Assembly: GCA_040386535.1 (NCBI GenBank)
Contig: JAZKFH010000032.1
Location: 96,001 to 160,000 of the forward strand
Reading direction: 5' to 3'
Length of the DNA stretch: 64,000 bases
Source: Myxococcota bacterium
Lineage (GTDB): Bacteria > Myxococcota_A > UBA796 > SXON01
This document shows positions 1 through 9,480 of this stretch, one piece after another. The translations under genes and the position numbers were made by a program. Below the pieces are notes generated by a model, which saw only the letters and a program-made list of their open reading frames with translations, did no database searches and was not told the origin of the DNA. Numbering within the stretch: position 1 is the stretch's first letter; every line of letters starts with the position of its first letter.

Positions 1-289
1 CTCGGTGGTCGGCGGCCATCTTCCGGTGCCGCTCCGCCTCGCGAAGGTGGGCCTCCGTGGGGTTCGTCCAGCAAGGGCGCCGGCCCTTCCCGGCGCCGCA
101 GAGGTCCTTCTCCAGCGGCGCGTTGGGGTCGTACTGCTCGGCGTGGGTCGTCGCTGCCTGCTCGTGCGTGCCGGCCTCCGCTTCGTGCTGGGCTTCGCCC
201 ATCTCGTGCGGCCTTGCGCCGGGGGTGCGGGCGGCGCAGGCGGCCAGCGCGAGGGGAAGGAGCAGGACGAGAGCAGGATGGACGGTCAT
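1..289 (-). CDS. His-rich lipoprotein, partial (runs off window start)
   Basis: Not in the ORF track. ATG at 289 with GGAG RBS reads MTVHPALVLLLPLALAAC (lipobox) ...PGARPHEM..HE..NPTEAH..HRKMAADHR and stays open to the window edge. Confidence 0.75.
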   Translation of the reverse strand, partial: MTVHPALVLLLPLALAACAARTPGARPHEMGEAQHEAEAGTHEQAATTHAEQYDPNAPLEKDLCGAGKGRRPCWTNPTEAHLREAERHRKMAADHR

Positions 290-317
290 TCGGATCTCCG
301 GGAACGAGTGGGACCTA

Positions 318-333
318 TGCACGGCACGTGCCA
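318..333 (-). promoter_or_regulatory. sigma54 (-24/-12) promoter-like motif
   Basis: TGGCACGTGCCGTGCA (GG-N10-GC) about 30 nt upstream of the ATG at 289. Confidence 0.6.
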
Positions 334-387
334 CGTCGAACGGAAGGGCCGGCTGTAACCCTGGCTGTCGGCGTGTGACCTGGGATG

Positions 388-1842
388 TCACATCCCGTCC
401 ATCCCGTCGCCCACCGCGAGCATGCCGGCCATGCCGAGCTCTGCGTGCTCGAGGATGTGGCAGTGGTACATCCAGTCCCCGGGGTTGTCCATCTCGCTCG
501 CCAGGGTGACGGAGGCGTAGGGCGGGATGTCGAAGGTATCCTTCCAACCTGACAATGCGGGCGGAATCCCGTCCACGTCGAGCACTTGGAAGCGGTTGCC
601 GTGGATGTGGAAGGGGTGGTGCATCTCGGAGTCGTTCTGGACCACGAACGTGGCGGCAACGTCCTCGGAAGCCATCACTTCGGGCACGTCCGGGTACGAG
701 AAGCCGTCGACCGTGACGATGCCGTTCTCCATGTCCTCGTCGAGCACCCAGGTGTGCACCAGGGGCTCCTCGCCGGTGAAAGACGGGAGGTCGTCGGAGG
801 GGAGCGTCATGGGCGTCGGCGTGCCGGCCTCGTCGCCGATCACGAAGGTCATCACGGGGTTCTCGCCCTCGCCCATCGGGTCGTACTCGACCATGTGGGC
901 ATCCTCGGCGTGGAGCTGGAAGCGGGCGCTCATCAGCCGCAGCTCGTCGCCCGGGGCGCCGACCCAGTCGACCGCCACGATGTAGCGCTCGCCCGGCGAG
1001 ACCACGAGGTGGTCCACGGGCACCTCCTCGCCGAGCCATCCGCCGTCCGTCCCCACGACCCGCATTTGCTGGCCTTCGAGGGTGAGATCGAAGTGGCGCG
1101 CGTTCGCGGCGTTCACGAGCCGGAGCAGCATCGTCTCGCCGGCCTTCACCTCGATGCGGCGATCCGAGCGGCCATTCGCCAGGATCAGGTTTCCGAGGCG
1201 GCCCATGAGCTGCATGTGCTCGGTGTCCTTCGGGGCGATCTGCATCGTGTCCTCGTCGAGGAGGATGTCGTCGAGCACCACGGGGAGGTCGCAGTCGACC
1301 CGGGGTTCATCCGGGTGGTGCACGATGATGCGGCCGTAGAGCCCGCGCTCCAGGTCCTGCTCGGTGGCCATATGGGGGTGGTACCAGTAGAAGCCGGCGT
1401 CCACCATGGGGATCTCGTAGGTGAACGAGTCGCCGGCGGGGACCATGTCGATCATGCGGACGGCGCCGTCCATCGCGTCCGGCGCGCGGAAGCCGTGCCA
1501 GTGGACCGTGGAGTCGTACTCCAGCCCGTTCGTGAACTCGGCGCGGAGAACCTGCCCCAGGTCCAGCTCGAGGACGGGCCCCGGAATCTCCCCGTTGTAG
1601 GCGAGGCCATCCGTCAGCATCGTCCCGGAGCCAGGGTCCCACTCGAAAGGGGCCTGGGTGAGCTCGACCGCGACTACGTCGTCGGCGGGGTCGAGGTCCG
1701 CGGCGGGAGTGTAGCCGCAGCGCTCCGTAGGGAGGGGCAAGGGCTCGCCGGTGTCGTCCTCGCCCGCAGAGTCCGCGGGGCTGTCCGAGATCTTGTCCCC
1801 GGTGCAGGCGGGGAGGAGGAGCGCGAGGAGCGACAGGAGCAT
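388..1842 (-). CDS. multicopper oxidase, lipoprotein
   Basis: Lipobox LPAC; HWHG, WYHPH, HPFHIHG and HCHILEHAELGM copper-ligand motifs. Confidence 0.95.
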   Translation of the reverse strand: MLLSLLALLLPACTGDKISDSPADSAGEDDTGEPLPLPTERCGYTPAADLDPADDVVAVELTQAPFEWDPGSGTMLTDGLAYNGEIPGPVLELDLGQVLRAEFTNGLEYDSTVHWHGFRAPDAMDGAVRMIDMVPAGDSFTYEIPMVDAGFYWYHPHMATEQDLERGLYGRIIVHHPDEPRVDCDLPVVLDDILLDEDTMQIAPKDTEHMQLMGRLGNLILANGRSDRRIEVKAGETMLLRLVNAANARHFDLTLEGQQMRVVGTDGGWLGEEVPVDHLVVSPGERYIVAVDWVGAPGDELRLMSARFQLHAEDAHMVEYDPMGEGENPVMTFVIGDEAGTPTPMTLPSDDLPSFTGEEPLVHTWVLDEDMENGIVTVDGFSYPDVPEVMASEDVAATFVVQNDSEMHHPFHIHGNRFQVLDVDGIPPALSGWKDTFDIPPYASVTLASEMDNPGDWMYHCHILEHAELGMAGMLAVGDGMDGM

Positions 1843-1907
1843 GGGGGCCTCGGTGTGACGGGGCGGGTCACGGATCGGCCGTTCGCGGCCGGTCCGCAGA
1901 CACCCTT

Positions 1908-1923
1908 AGCAAGGCGCGGACCA
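1908..1923 (-). promoter_or_regulatory. sigma54 (-24/-12) promoter-like motif
   Basis: TGGTCCGCGCCTTGCT (GG-N10-GC) upstream of the oxidase start at 1842. Confidence 0.5.
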
Positions 1924-1968
1924 GCGCGGCCGTCCCCCCTTCTCTGCCTCTCGAGTCCCCTCGGCGCC

Positions 1969-2325
1969 CTACTGCACCGGCGTGCGTCCCTTCTGCCAGC
2001 GCTGGAGGCTCTCGATCTCCTTCGTCTGGTCGTCGATCACCTTCTGAGCAACCGCGCGCAGCTCGGGATCCTTGCCGTACTGGAGCTCCACGTTCGCCAT
2101 GTCGATGGCCCCCTGGTGGTGGGCGATCATTATGCTGGCGAAGTCCGCATCGGCGTCGCCGACCATGGGCTTGGCCATCATCTCGCGGTTCATCTTCTCC
2201 GCAGCCTGCATGAAGGCCTGCCCGGCTGGCTGCCCAGCGGCGCCCGGCCCCCCGCTGGGCGCTGCACCGAGCAGAAGGCCGAGGCTGATGACGGCGGCTC
2301 CCAGAAGCGTGCGATGGATGGACAT
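1969..2325 (-). CDS. DUF305/CopM-like periplasmic copper-binding protein
   Basis: GGAGG RBS, signal peptide, FASIMIAHHQGAIDMA...YGKDPELR motif. Confidence 0.88.
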   Translation of the reverse strand: MSIHRTLLGAAVISLGLLLGAAPSGGPGAAGQPAGQAFMQAAEKMNREMMAKPMVGDADADFASIMIAHHQGAIDMANVELQYGKDPELRAVAQKVIDDQTKEIESLQRWQKGRTPVQ

Positions 2326-2419
2326 TTCGCCTCCCTCCGTCCTGGGTAAGCGCCTGGATGTGCACTGCTCGCGGAGCTTCACGTCCATGGGCGCGAAGGG
2401 CCCGGCCCGAACACGCCGG

Positions 2420-4381
2420 TCAACGGGGCGGCTTCGGAGCCCCACGATCATGGTGCATCTCCACTTCTCCAGGGCGGGCCTGCACAAAAACCGCGCCGCC
2501 GTACGCCGCGCGGCCGCCATAGGTCGCCGCGAGATCCGCAGGGACGATCAGCAGGTTCCCGCGGACCCCCAACCCGAGGCGCAGCGGGCCGACCGGAAGG
2601 CTGTAGACGTTCCCGACCGCGAGGGAGGTCAACCCCGCGGCCGAGCTGGGTAGCAGGTCCACCACCGCCAGCTCCTCGGCTGATTTCAGCACGTGCTCCG
2701 CGCGCCCGAACACGTTGTTGTTGCCGATGCCGAGGTCGGTTTCGAGGAGGAAGGCGTCGCTCGCCGCGCCGTCGTGCAGGTTCCGACCCCACGCGGCCGT
2801 GAGCGCCCAGTTCCCGTTCCCCCGGCCGTCGTGGTCGAACGTGGTCGACGCGGTGATCCGGGTCGTCGGAGCCCCAGGTTCCAGAGGCTCCGGCTCCGCG
2901 AGCCAGCCGTAGGACACCTGCGCGGTCCACATCGGCAGCAGGCTCACGCTCAGCCGAGACGACCACGAGTCAGGCACGTCGAGGTCGAGGTCGTAGCGGT
3001 TCTCGTCGGGCTCGCGGCCGTTGAACCAGGACCCCTCCAGCTTCGCCCACTCGTTGAAGACGCCGGCGGTGAGCACGCCGAAGGAGATGTGGGTGGCGTC
3101 CTCCCAGTGGTGTCCGATCGGCGCGAACGGGTCCGAGATGGCGGACGCGCGGTGGGGGAACGCGGTCGGCCCGAGCGCGGGCTCTCCCACGGGGGCCAGG
3201 TACAGCTCGACTCCCGCCGCCTCACCGAACGTCTGGCGCGCTTGGAGCGCGAGTTCCATGAACAGATCGTGCGGATGCTGGCGGTCCACGAGGGGCCTGC
3301 CCTCCCAGGTCTCCCCTGTCTGGCCTAGCAGCGGATAGCCAGCCCCGCCCACCGTGAGGGGCTCCAGGCTGAGCATCGCGCGCGCGCCGACCTCGGTGTC
3401 GTCGTCCCCGACGGTTCCGTGGACCATGACCCAGTTCACGCTCGCGAACTGGCCGTCCCCCCGCGGAGAGCCCTGCGCGTCGTAGAGAGCGAACAGGTTG
3501 CCGTGTCCCATCCACTGGACGGGGCCCGTCGCGCCATGGAAAGCCGTCATCGGGGTGCTCTCGGGCTGCCATGACGTGCCGGAAGCGGCACGCATCTCCA
3601 TTCGCTCCATGAGCCCCATGTCGTCGTGCCCGTCGTGCGCCGCGGGGGCCGCGTGGTCTTCGTTACCCCGGCGCTTCGCGTGGCCTTCGCGCTCCTCGCG
3701 ATCTTCCTGACCCTCCTGCCCCGCGTGACCTTCTCGCTCTGCGTGACCTTGTTCCTTGTGACCGTCCTGGTCGTGCCGTGCTTCCTCGTCCGGTCGCTCT
3801 TCGCCGGCGTCCGCGTGCTTGGCGCCGGCACGGGGCGCACGGCCGCCATGATGATGACCAGCGCTGCTCTCCACCAGCTCGTTGTAGGCCTCGGGAGACA
3901 GTGACGGAAGCGCCTGGACGAACGCCGTCAGTGACCAGATACCCTCGTCATCGATGCTGGCTCCCCAGGCGGGCATCGCCGTCATCTTGATGCCGTGCTT
4001 GATGGTCCAGAACGTTCGGCGCGGATCGCGGGGGGGCGCGGTCGCGAGGTTCGGGGGCGGGGGGTGCAGGCCGCGGGTGAGCTCGTCCGGCTCACTGCCC
4101 GGCGCGAGATGGCACATCGCGCACATCACCTGGTAGTTTCCCGCGCCCTGTCGGACCCGCTCAGGGTCGGCGAGATCCGGCACCTCGAGCCCCCGCGAGC
4201 GTGCCGCGATCGCGCGCTCCCGCGTCGAGACCAGGCTCGCCTCGACGATCGGTGCCATCGGGCGGTCGGCGCCCGGGTTGATGAGGAGGGCGCAGCCGGA
4301 GGCCAGCGGCAACCCCATCAGGAACAGCCTGACTACGAGCACGTTGTGCATGAGATTTACCGCACGAAGGGCCACGGACAT
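2420..4381 (-). CDS. cytochrome c + His/Glu-rich linker + outer-membrane beta-barrel-like fusion
   Basis: CAMCH heme motif and IKHGIKMTAMPAW; EGH-rich linker; ASGTSWQP...DRQHPHDLFMEL...GSWFNGREPDE domain. Start may be further downstream. Confidence 0.75.
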   Translation of the reverse strand: MSVALRAVNLMHNVLVVRLFLMGLPLASGCALLINPGADRPMAPIVEASLVSTRERAIAARSRGLEVPDLADPERVRQGAGNYQVMCAMCHLAPGSEPDELTRGLHPPPPNLATAPPRDPRRTFWTIKHGIKMTAMPAWGASIDDEGIWSLTAFVQALPSLSPEAYNELVESSAGHHHGGRAPRAGAKHADAGEERPDEEARHDQDGHKEQGHAEREGHAGQEGQEDREEREGHAKRRGNEDHAAPAAHDGHDDMGLMERMEMRAASGTSWQPESTPMTAFHGATGPVQWMGHGNLFALYDAQGSPRGDGQFASVNWVMVHGTVGDDDTEVGARAMLSLEPLTVGGAGYPLLGQTGETWEGRPLVDRQHPHDLFMELALQARQTFGEAAGVELYLAPVGEPALGPTAFPHRASAISDPFAPIGHHWEDATHISFGVLTAGVFNEWAKLEGSWFNGREPDENRYDLDLDVPDSWSSRLSVSLLPMWTAQVSYGWLAEPEPLEPGAPTTRITASTTFDHDGRGNGNWALTAAWGRNLHDGAASDAFLLETDLGIGNNNVFGRAEHVLKSAEELAVVDLLPSSAAGLTSLAVGNVYSLPVGPLRLGLGVRGNLLIVPADLAATYGGRAAYGGAVFVQARPGEVEMHHDRGAPKPPR

Positions 4382-4403
4382 GTCCTCGGCTCGTAGCCTG
4401 GCG

Positions 4404-4428
4404 GTAATGCTCCGACGGCAAGCGCGTC
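4404..4428 (+). promoter_or_regulatory. ECF-type promoter motif GTAATG-N14-GCGTC (orphan copy)
   Basis: Exact match to the motif upstream of tolC, copZ and copA; no intact + strand gene directly follows. Confidence 0.55.
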
Positions 4429-4494
4429 AGCGGGGTGTCGGAAAGCGACCGGAACTGGCACAAAGGAACGGGAGGGTTCAGCAGAGATGCTTTG

Positions 4495-4827
4495 CTACCC
4501 CTTGGCGACGAGGCCCTCCTCGCGCTGCTTCCGCCGCCCGTACCCGGTCACCCCCGGCGGTTTGAACACCGATAGCCCCGTCGTCACGAGTAGAAGTACG
4601 ACCGCGGCGGCCGAGGTGACGACGAGCTGCAACCGCACGTCGTCGTGCTGCCCGCTCACCAGCGGCCCGTGCACGGCGTCCGCCATGAACGCGATCGGCT
4701 GCGTGTGCAGCAGCGGAAGTGCGGTGGCGGAGACGGTGAGCAGCAGCTTCACGACGACCCACCAGTAGCGGAAGAGCCCCCACAGGGTGCCGAGGGACTG
4801 CACGAGGCCCGTCAACAGCGACGGGAA
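4495..4827 (-). pseudogene. 5'-truncated DUF2269-like membrane protein
   Basis: Paralog of the C-terminal half of 7735..8259 (SLLTGLVQSLGT.WGL..WWVVVKLLLT...LSVFKPPGVT); N-terminal half absent. Confidence 0.8.
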
Positions 4828-4910
4828 GCTCTGGTCACTTCCCCTCCCACTTCTGGGAAGCGCGGGGGGGAGGATCCTTGCGGGTCAGGGAGGAGCGAGG
4901 GGCCAGGGCT

Positions 4911-4935
4911 GTAATGCTTCCGCCCGGCGTGCGTC
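4911..4935 (+). promoter_or_regulatory. ECF-type promoter motif GTAATG-N14-GCGTC
   Basis: Upstream of the AGGAGG RBS and start of the TolC-oxidase operon. Confidence 0.7.
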
Positions 4936-4956
4936 CGCCCCGTCGAAGGAGGCCGA

Positions 4957-6390
4957 ATGCTGGGCCGAGCTGGAGTCATCATATGGGCCGCGCTGGCCGC
5001 GGGGTGCGCCACCCGGCGCTTAGAGGACGTGGCCCGGGAGGTCGAGCCCGCGGCCGTGCGACCCGTGGCGGTGGCGATCGCGGCCGACCCCCCGCTCCCC
5101 GGGGAGTCGACGGAGGAGTGGGCGGGCCTCGCGGAGGCCGCCCCCGGGGTAGACGACGGTTACCTCACGCTTGACGCGGCGGTCGCCCTGGCCCGCGTGC
5201 GCAACCCCGTGCTCGTCGGCGCCGAGCACGACGTTGAAGCTGCCCGCTGGAGCGCCGTCCAGGCGAGCCGGCTGCCGAACCCCTCGGTGGAGGTCGAGGC
5301 GTTCCCCGAGCACGAGGTGTTCGAGTTGGAAGGCGGCGTGGAGTTCGCGCTCACGGACGCGCTCCTTGCCCCCGGCCGGGCGCGAGCGTTCCGCTCAGTC
5401 GCGGAGGCGGAGCGCCACCGCGCCGCGGAGGCGGGCGTGCGCCTGACCTACGACGTGAGGGCCGCCTGGTACGACGCTTTCGCCGCGGAAGCCCGCCTCG
5501 GCGTGGCCCAGCGGGCGCTGGACGCGCTCGCTGCCGCCCGCGACGTGGCCGAGGCGCGCGTCGCCTCGGGCAACGGACCCGCGCTCGAGGCGGCGGCGCA
5601 CACCGCCGCCTACGAGCGCACCCGCGGCGAGGTTGCGGCGCTCGAGCTCGGCCGCGAAGCCGCGCGGGAGCGCCTGAACGCACTCCTTGGGCTCGAGGGG
5701 GCCGAGACGGGGTGGACGCTGGGCGGGGCGCTCCCCCCTCTTCCGGACTCCGTGGAGGTGGCGGAGGGGGCCGAGAAGCAGGCGCTGGCGGCGAGCCACG
5801 CCCTCGCGGCCGCCCGATCGCGCCTCGACGCGCTGGCGCGCCACGGCGCTTTGGCACGCGCCGAGAAGGGCGTCCCCGACGTGTCCGTCGCGCTCCTCGG
5901 CGCGTGGGAGGGAGCGCCGAGCTTCCGGGAGGAGGGCGAGTGGCGGGCCGGGGTCGGGCTCCACACCACGCTCCCCGTGTTCGACGGCGGGCGCGCGGAG
6001 GGCCGGGCGTGGGACGCCCGGTTCGACGGGGAGGCCGCGCGGGCCCGTGGGCTCGTCGCGGAGACGACTTCCGCCGTGCGCTCGGCCCGGGCGCGGCTCG
6101 TCACCGCGCATGCGCGGGCGGTCCACGAGCGCGACGTGGTGCTGCCGGCGCATCGGCGCCTCACCCGCGAGACCCTGCTCCACTACAACGCGATGCAGCG
6201 CGGGGTCTACGAGCTGCTCCAGGCCCGTGCCGCCGAGCTGGCGGCCGAGCTCGCCCACATCGAGACCTTGCGCGAGCTCGGGACGGCCCAGGCCGCCTGG
6301 AACGCACTCCTCGCCGGCGCCCGTGTGGAAGGCGGCGGCGACACCGGAACCATCGAGCTCGGCGGCGCGTCCGCGGGCGGAGGACATTGA
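4957..6390 (+). CDS. TolC-family outer membrane efflux lipoprotein (copper-associated)
   Basis: AGGAGG RBS, lipobox AAGC, LPNP, LPVFD and YNAMQ.GVYELL motifs; directly upstream of a copper oxidase. Confidence 0.88.
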   Translation: MLGRAGVIIWAALAAGCATRRLEDVAREVEPAAVRPVAVAIAADPPLPGESTEEWAGLAEAAPGVDDGYLTLDAAVALARVRNPVLVGAEHDVEAARWSAVQASRLPNPSVEVEAFPEHEVFELEGGVEFALTDALLAPGRARAFRSVAEAERHRAAEAGVRLTYDVRAAWYDAFAAEARLGVAQRALDALAAARDVAEARVASGNGPALEAAAHTAAYERTRGEVAALELGREAARERLNALLGLEGAETGWTLGGALPPLPDSVEVAEGAEKQALAASHALAAARSRLDALARHGALARAEKGVPDVSVALLGAWEGAPSFREEGEWRAGVGLHTTLPVFDGGRAEGRAWDARFDGEAARARGLVAETTSAVRSARARLVTAHARAVHERDVVLPAHRRLTRETLLHYNAMQRGVYELLQARAAELAAELAHIETLRELGTAQAAWNALLAGARVEGGGDTGTIELGGASAGGGH

Positions 6391-6392
6391 CG

Positions 6393-7727
6393 ATGGACCG
6401 TCGTTCGTTTCTTCGTGGGTTGGGCGGCGTCGCCGCTGGCGCGGTGCTGATTCCCGGGGCGCAGGCCGAGGAGGTCGCACGCCAGGCCGCCCACGCTGGG
6501 CACGGGATGGCGGGCACGTCAACCACCGGCGCGCTCCCTCCGGCAACCCCCGCCGCCCGGGGCTCGCTCATCGTCCCTGGCCAACCCGCCGTGGTGACAC
6601 CCAACGGGAGCACGCTGCCCTGGCGCGTCGTGGATGGCGTGAAGGTTGGCCACCTGGTTGCAGAGCCTGTCGAGCACGAGTTCGCGCCGGGCCTGCGTGT
6701 GCAGGCGTGGGGGTACAACGGCACGTCGCCCGGGCCCACGATCGAGGCCGTCGAAGGCGACCGGCTGCGGATCTACGTCACGAACAAGCTTCCCGAGCCC
6801 ACCACCGTCCACTGGCACGGGATCATCCTCCCGAACGGGATGGACGGCGTCTCGGGCCTCAACCAGGCGCCGATCCCGCCCGGGGAGACGTGGGTATACG
6901 AGTCCACCGTGCGGCACCCGGGCACGTTCATGTACCACCCGCACTACGACGAGATGACACAGATGGCGCTCGGCATGGCGGGGATGTTCGTCGTACATCC
7001 GAAGGCCCCGCGGTACCGCGTGGACCGCGACTTCGTGCTCATGACCCACGAGTGGAAGATCCACGCCGGCGCGAGCCGGCCGGACCCCAACGCGATGAGC
7101 GACTTCAACGTCCTCACCTTCAACAGCAAGGCGTTCCCGGGCACCCAGCCGCTGCTCGTGGGACGGGGCGAGCGCGTGCGCATCCGGTTCGGCAACCTCT
7201 CTGCCATGGACCACCACCCCGTCCACCTGCACGGGCTCGCGTTCAAGCTCACGGCGACGGACGGGGGCTACGTGCCCGACTCGGCGCAGTACCCGGAGAC
7301 CACCGTGCTCGTCCCCGTCGGGAGCACGCGCGTGATCGAGTTCGTGGCCGACGAGCCCGGTGACTGGGCGATGCACTGCCACATGACGCACCACGTGATG
7401 ACGCAGATGGGCCACACTGAGGCGCTCGTCGGCGCGGACATGGGCCGGGTGGACCACCGGATGAGCCGCGTGATGCCCGAGTACATGACGATGGGGACCG
7501 ACGGGATGGGAAGCATGACCGAGATGGAGATGGAGTTCCCAACCAACTCGCTCCCGATGCGTGGCACGCCGGGCCCGTTTGGTTCCATCGACATGGGTGG
7601 GATGTTCACGGTGTTGAAGGTGCGCGAGAATCCGGCTGAGGACCCGGACGGGTGGTACCGCCACCCGGCGGGGACGGTGGCCGGGCGGGCGGACGCGACG
7701 CGGATGAAGGCCGACGGGCTCGCGTGA
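6393..7727 (+). CDS. Tat-exported multicopper oxidase
   Basis: MDRRSFL twin-arginine signal; HWHG, MYHPH, HPVHLHG, HCHMTHH; Met-rich C-terminus. Confidence 0.93.
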   Translation: MDRRSFLRGLGGVAAGAVLIPGAQAEEVARQAAHAGHGMAGTSTTGALPPATPAARGSLIVPGQPAVVTPNGSTLPWRVVDGVKVGHLVAEPVEHEFAPGLRVQAWGYNGTSPGPTIEAVEGDRLRIYVTNKLPEPTTVHWHGIILPNGMDGVSGLNQAPIPPGETWVYESTVRHPGTFMYHPHYDEMTQMALGMAGMFVVHPKAPRYRVDRDFVLMTHEWKIHAGASRPDPNAMSDFNVLTFNSKAFPGTQPLLVGRGERVRIRFGNLSAMDHHPVHLHGLAFKLTATDGGYVPDSAQYPETTVLVPVGSTRVIEFVADEPGDWAMHCHMTHHVMTQMGHTEALVGADMGRVDHRMSRVMPEYMTMGTDGMGSMTEMEMEFPTNSLPMRGTPGPFGSIDMGGMFTVLKVRENPAEDPDGWYRHPAGTVAGRADATRMKADGLA

Positions 7728-7734
7728 CCCGGGC

Positions 7735-8259
7735 CTACGCCCGCGCGGCGAGCCGCTCCTCGCGCTGCTTGCGCCACCCGTAGCGGGTCACGCCGGGCGG
7801 CTTGAACACGGAGAGCCCGGTCGTCACGAGCAGGAGCGCGATCGCGGCGGCGGAGGTGACGACGAGCTGGAGCCGCACGTCGGCGTGGGCTCCCGCCGCA
7901 AGAGAGCCCTGCGCCGCCCTGGCCATGAACGCGATGGGCCTCGTGTGGAGCAGGAGGAGCCCAGTGGCCACCAGCGTGAGGAGGAGCTTTACGACGACCC
8001 ACCAGTGCCGGACGAGGCCCCACGGCGTGCCCAACGACTGGATGATGCCGGTCCCGAGCGACGCGAGGGCGAGGGGGACGAGAACGAAGCGGGTCTCGAG
8101 GTCCATCGAGATGTAGACCGCGCGGACGGTCTGCTCGTCGGTGCCGTTCAGTCCGACCAGCGCGAGCGCGAGGAACGCGGCGACGCCGCCGAGCCAGCCG
8201 ACAGACGCGGCCACGTGCAGCACGAGCGCGAGCTTCCGCACACGAGGGGACATCGTCAT
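7735..8259 (-). CDS. DUF2269-like integral membrane protein
   Basis: RKLAL.LHV.ASVGWLG, four TM segments, LSVFKP. Confidence 0.8.
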   Translation of the reverse strand: MTMSPRVRKLALVLHVAASVGWLGGVAAFLALALVGLNGTDEQTVRAVYISMDLETRFVLVPLALASLGTGIIQSLGTPWGLVRHWWVVVKLLLTLVATGLLLLHTRPIAFMARAAQGSLAAGAHADVRLQLVVTSAAAIALLLVTTGLSVFKPPGVTRYGWRKQREERLAARA

Positions 8260-8404
8260 CCGTGCAAGTGGTTCCGGAAGCCGCCGCCGGCGAGGTGGAC
8301 GAGCACGAAGGTCACGATCAGGAAGGCGGCCATGATGCCGATGACGAGGACCCAGCGGGGGAGGGCGGGGGCGTTGTCTTGGGGTCGGGAGTTCGTTCAG
8401 ACAG
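8256..8404 (-). pseudogene. small membrane protein, apparently frameshifted (or assembly error)
   Basis: AGGAGG, then CTG-SERTPDPKTTPPP; one base missing in a C-run; other frame gives LPRWVLVIGIMAAFLIVTFVLVHLAGGGFRNHLHG* with ATGA coupling to the next gene. Confidence 0.6.
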
Positions 8405-8462
8405 TTGGGCCTCCTGGTCGCCTTCGGGGAGATGCTGATGCGCTCTCAGGGAGAGCCGCCGT

Positions 8463-9293
8463 TCATGCGTCGATTCTGACGTTGCGCGCCGGCATGAAAA
8501 TCGTGACGCTCTCGCGCTGACCATTCTCGGTGAATGAGAACGAGATGGCGCCGATGGACAACTCGGTAACCGGCTGCGGCGCGTCGCGAAGCGCCGCCGC
8601 AAGGCCGTCCACGCGTCCAGCGTATTCAACTGCGTCCCCCAACCCGAACGCCGCGTGCAAGGGAGGCCGGAGCCTAAAGTTGTCGTTCAAGATCGTGTGG
8701 ATGCCGTTCCCCACCACTTTCTGGAAGGCCAAGGCGCCGACGGTCCCGCGGGCCACGCCGTAATTTCGAAACACCAGTCGCAGACGCTCGCTGCTCACGG
8801 AGACCGCCGCCTCTTCGACGGTGATCCCGCCGCCGCAGCTGAAGAACACCTTGCGGGAGTCGGCCATCTGTAGCGACCAAGGTTCGAAGTTTCGACGGTG
8901 CTTTTCGACCAATCCAATGAGCTCCTTGTTCTGGTCCGCAGCACCTCGCCGCTGGAGCGCCTCCTCCTTGAGTTGCTTCTTGAGTCCGGTGTTTTCAGTC
9001 TCCGCTGCTTCCAGCCAAGTGCTCGCTTCCACAACGCGACGTCGGACCCAGACTGCGTTCACCACGGACAAGCCGACGGAGACAACGGCAGCACAGATGA
9101 CGATCCAGCCCGCGATCTGCGTGACGACAGGGGCCGCGGGGGAGTTGGGGGCCGTGTAGACCTCCACCAGGCGCACGCCAATCGCTCCAAGCCCGGCCAG
9201 CGCCGCGACCACGGCGACAGTGATCTGCACCCAGATCCACCAAGGCGGCTTCGGGTACGGCGGCGGACCGGCAGGGGTCGGAGTCTTGACCAT
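8463..9293 (-). CDS. hypothetical membrane protein (2 TM + coiled coil)
   Basis: 276-aa ORF with two hydrophobic helices; more AT-rich codons than neighbours. Confidence 0.6.
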   Translation of the reverse strand: MVKTPTPAGPPPYPKPPWWIWVQITVAVVAALAGLGAIGVRLVEVYTAPNSPAAPVVTQIAGWIVICAAVVSVGLSVVNAVWVRRRVVEASTWLEAAETENTGLKKQLKEEALQRRGAADQNKELIGLVEKHRRNFEPWSLQMADSRKVFFSCGGGITVEEAAVSVSSERLRLVFRNYGVARGTVGALAFQKVVGNGIHTILNDNFRLRPPLHAAFGLGDAVEYAGRVDGLAAALRDAPQPVTELSIGAISFSFTENGQRESVTIFMPARNVRIDA

Positions 9294-9405
9294 CGGCGCC
9301 GCATACCTCTACGCCCCCGAGATCGTCCACGTACGAACGGCGGCCCGGTTCACCACGCCAATGGCGAACGAGCGCAGCGGACGTTCATGGAGCTGCGCGC
9401 CGCCC

Positions 9406-9430
9406 GTAATGGTTGGAGGTCGACCGCGTC
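9406..9430 (+). promoter_or_regulatory. ECF-type promoter motif GTAATG-N14-GCGTC
   Basis: Upstream of the copZ start at 9481. Confidence 0.7.
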
Positions 9431-9480
9431 AGCCAGGGTGCAGGGGCCATCGAAACCCGGCCCCGCGATCGGAGCACCCC

